This document shows positions 59,811 to 64,000 of a stretch of DNA of 64,000 nt, piece by piece (position 1 is the first letter of the stretch; the number at the start of each line of letters is the position of its first letter). Under the pieces are notes generated by a model. The model saw only the letters and a program-made list of their open reading frames with translations, ran no database searches and was not told the DNA's origin. The DNA is taken from positions 24,118,001 through 24,182,000 of the forward strand of contig CM106586.1 of the NCBI GenBank assembly GCA_048013815.1, written 5' to 3'. Source of the stretch: Setoptus koraiensis. Taxonomy: Eukaryota > Animalia > Arthropoda. Made by a program: the position numbers and the translations under genes.

Positions 59811-62045
59811 ACAATTGCGATAGCTTCATAAGAGCAAAGCCAAAAGTATCATCGCTGTCATATATTACGTAACTAGCAGCGGATTTGGATTTGCTTTGGC
59901 CGACTAACAGTTGAAAGTTGTCTTATTATTATTACTATTACCATTGAATGGCGTCGATTGGTTGTTGTTGTTGTTGGCATTATTTTTCGTGCCCATCAGC
60001 TGCTGTTTCGGTGAGCTTCTGTCGGCTTGTATTGGCCCTATTGGCTTGCTGGTGTGTTGGCCAGAACGGCCAAACAGCAACAAACTAACTGAGTGAATGA
60101 AATGACAAAATGACCGAAATGACCGAAATGACACACAACAGAGACACCGCAACAACACACAAGCAGTTTGCCAATCGATAGCAGCAGCAGCAGCCAAACT
60201 CATAGCTCATCGACAACAATCGCCATTGGCGCCCAATGTGAGCAAGTCGCGAACGACGCTAGGCTCACCCGCGCCCGTTTTCGCTTTCCCGTTTTGCTCG
60301 CTTTCTCGCTTTCTCGCTCCAATGTCTTGCTCGCTGACAATGTGAGATGGGCACACCGAGGTGCGACACATACAAACATCATGAGCCCATCATCCATCAT
60401 AATTCCTCTGGCTCTCACTTCTTCTATCCATTTGTTTCTCGGCTACCAGCGCTAGTTCCATCATTGATCAGTAGGGGCTCTCGCTGCACACATATAGACA
60501 CATACGCACTACAACACGTATAAACAACACATATACACGGATATACACAAACATATCGACACTCACACACTGTTAGAAAGTCGTCTTGTTGGCTTAGTTA
60601 CATAATAACACATACAGCAAACACTTTGCAAAATACTTTGCACATATAGAGCACGATTTAGCCCTTTTTGTCCCATCGGTCAGTCTTGTTCTGCCACTCA
60701 TACCACCGATATCAATGATGCAACATCCTGGCGCAACAATAACACACTGTCTTGAGCCAATCATCATAATGCTGCTGTTGCGTCATATCAACCAATCATA
60801 TCATACTTGACTATAACTAAATAAACACTCTCAGCCGATCAGCTGATAATTGTAATTAATTTCTTGCTCTTTTTATTTGCTGTTAGCGGGTTGTTTTTAG
60901 TTTGGTGCCACTGCTAATATCTGGTTGGCCCGCAATTTGGCGCGCTGAGCTCACGATTGTCAGCCAACAATTTATTCTGCTCGCTTCATTCTCGTTGTTG
61001 GCGTCATTTTGTGGGGCTGCGCTGGCTGCGAAAACTAAAAGTTGCCTAGCAATAGCAAAAGAGATACAAGAAACTTTGCGGAGATGTCAGAATTGATTTT
61101 AAAAACACGTGACACACTGTGTTGCGACAACAGTGCAGCGCAAAACTATAGTTTTATACTGTTACTTGTGCCACAGTGTGTACCGCAACACAGCAAGTGG
61201 CCTGGTATGTTACATAACATGATGTTATATAACACAAAGTTATGAAACTGGCCATGACAAAGACAAAAAGAGAGAGCAAAGCGTCATCTTTGTGTATCAG
61301 TTGTTGTTCACTTTTTCACTTTTCCTTTTTTTCTCTTTTTCACTTTTTCACTTTTTTATCAACTCTCTCGCTCTCTGGTCACTGCAATCGCAAGCAACAA
61401 CCATGTTGTGTGGGCCGCAGCAACAACACAACAATATACTTGACTTGACTTAAATTGACCAACCAAACTTACAACTCACAAACTCAAACTAGCGAGCGCA
61501 CAAGCCCGTTAGTAGTAGTAGCAATTATGTGAGGCGTCATATCTATGAATTAACGTCACCGGATGATGATTTAATAATGGGTAACAAAGCCTGAAACAAA
61601 CTGAAATGGGGCCAGTTGCTATTGGTGCGCCGGCCAGCGCATTTGAGCCAGCAAATAACTGCAACAATAACTGTAGGTCTCGTCTCATCTAATCTAATGG
61701 TGTCCACTAGATGACAAAAAGACAAGAAATCGACCGACCGCAAACAATGCAATTTCATTTTATCTTTTTGTTTGTCTTTTAATCTTGCCTCGTCTCGCCC
61801 TCTGTTCATTCTGTCTCATATCTGTCTGTTTGTCCGTCCGTGCCACTATCTTGTTGTAACTGTATATATGTATTTGTTTTTCACAAACACAAACACAAAT
61901 ACATCACATAATATTATATCTAGCTTCTGTTATTTTTGTCGAGGCTCGACATTGCTCACTTGCATTCGTGTGTGTCCATACAAAACAAACAACAATGACA
62001 ATGTTTTTTCTCTCTCTTTTGTTACGTCACATCCGAGCTGCTTAC

Positions 62046-62262
62046 CTGACAGTATTTGTTTGTTGATAGTGTCGCCATCAAGCGATGACGCTAACTTGAG
62101 ATGATGGCCAGCTGATCGATTGTTTGTTTGTATCATTGAAAAGTGATTAACTGGCGATAATAATTCATGATTGCTGACTGACATAACGCTGGCCAATGAT
62201 TGTGGTGTCATGCTGATCAAAGTAGTTAGAATCACAATTAGTTGTATTGGTATGATTAACAT
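62046..62262 (-). CDS. Dscam: Putative signal-peptide (leader) exon of the Dscam-like gene; in-frame upstream ATG at 62664
   Basis: MLIIPIQLIVILTTLISMTPQSLAS is signal-peptide-like and ends in a strong phase-1 donor TCAG|GTAAGC at 62046. This joins in frame to the phase-1 acceptor at 31138 (joined CDS 5,400 nt = 1,799 aa + stop). The link across 31 kb is inference. Confidence 0.55.
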
Positions 62263-64000
62263 TGACGGTTTAACAAATTTACAATTCACACTCTCTAATG
62301 ACTTTTTCTTCTTTTTCCCTGTCATATTGCCCCTAGATTGATGCTGATGAATAGAGCAAGCAACCACAAACAAACTATTTTCATTGATAGCCGATAGCTT
62401 GTTGCTACGAGTTGCTGGTGTTTCGTTCAACCAACATTTGCTGCTACCACAATTAGTAATAAGCATTTCGTCGATATAATTTGCTCTCGTTTTAGCTCTA
62501 TAATGACTAAATAATGTTGCTGTCGGTCGCATACATTTCCATTTCGTTTCATCTGATTTAAATTGAGCTTCATTGATTGAATCATAACAAACAATCGCTT
62601 GCTTAGTTCTTTGCAACGGTGAGTTTCGATGATTCATTTGGCTCGCTGGATGACAATTTTCCATATTATTTGTACAATTGATTTTGTGTTGAATTGATTT
62701 GCTCTTACTTGCTTTCACGTTTTTCACTTGACCATTTTGTAAATCTCTAATAGATAGCAGTGAACAAAATTGACTATATAATCACTCGATAATTAGTGCA
62801 AACAATTTAGCACAAGTGCAGTGGCAAGCGAATATGAGCGCCAGCCTAGGCTGTAGTGAATTGCGGGAGTGCTAATTATTATTATTATCGTTCGTTTATT
62901 AAAATTGCATCATTTCATGACCTTTGAACTTGATATGATACTTGAACTTGCCATTGTTGCAGTCTATGCAAAATGCGCATGCATCAACAATTAACAATTT
63001 TAACGAGTCACTCACTTACTTTTACTCATTAAGTTGCACACATAATTTAATATTTAAACACGTTCACTGTTTTAGTTGATTGTCCAACTGATTTCAACGT
63101 AACTCACACAGCTCTTAACAAATATATAAACATAATAACTAGATAGAATTCTTTCGCTTGCTCACAAGCAGCCCCACTAACAGTCTAGACAAAGTTGGCT
63201 AACTAAAATGAGAGCCACAAATGAGAATGACAGTGCAAGGGGCGCATGCACAACAGAGAATTCCGTTGAGCGCACTCGCCGGGCCCCACCATGACAATAC
63301 AGCGCCTCGGAATGAATACAGGCTAGCTGCACCATTCTTCCACTGCTCATTGCGCAATGATAGACTGGCCCTAGGCAAGGTAATCTAGACACGATAAACA
63401 ACTGCGATAGGTGCGCTTCGAAACTATAATAAACTCATTCGATCTCGCTAGATCTCACGATTTGCCAACTATAGTAAGTTGTGCGATTGGAAAGTAAACA
63501 AATGGAAAAAAACAAAAAGTAACGGTCAATTGCGACCAATTCTTTTCTTGTCTATAGACGGGTGTCAAGTTGATAGTTTGTCCAGCAGTCTGAATGAAAT
63601 GTATTATGTAAAATATGTATTATTGCCTCATTAAGTACACTTAGAAAATATCTGGCTCTGTTCGATTGGTTGCGACAACTATTTACTGTGTCAGCTGTGC
63701 TACTTGCCATTTCCGCAAGCCGCAAAATTGACACTAGCAAGCTAACTCACGGCCTGTGTCATTTATATCGGCAGACACAAATAAAAAATGCGACACAACA
63801 ATCAATATTTTTATTGCCCACACAACCGACGGCAGCAAGCGACTTTGTGCTGAATCAATCAACTCTTGTCTCAGATAATTTTTGCTAGCTTTTACATTAT
63901 AATTAGAAATCAATTTGTTGTGACCCAAATGCAGTTCAAAAGCCTTAGCTGACCGGAATATAATGTGTCGCAATGGTGACAGATCAGCATGAGCGAGCAC

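Overview
Eukaryotic (arthropod; probably a small-genome chelicerate/mite, by inference) DNA in two very different compartments. 1-21.1 kb is a compact, intron-poor housekeeping block: ArfGAP2/3 (5' part, runs off the left edge), RpS28, EI24, Rab14, TXNL1, two head-to-head intronless SERCA genes and IFT20. The two SERCA genes form a 3,330-bp inverted repeat (8105-11434 / 16871-20200) in which I saw no differences. The sequence on both sides of it is homologous but diverged, and IFT20 is present in only one arm. 21.6-62.7 kb (minus strand) holds one non-classical Dscam-family gene, rebuilt here as 13 phase-consistent exons: signal peptide, Ig6-7-8-9, FNIII 1, 2, 5, 6, TM, long Q/N-rich tail. Its putative first intron is about 31 kb, rich in short repeats, and contains at least 20 exact PAR-bZIP/D-box-type RTTAYGTAAY sites (11 within 3.5 kb) plus a strong excess of TGGCCA. 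No tRNA, rRNA, CRISPR or recognisable transposon was found. All counts and alignments were done by eye.
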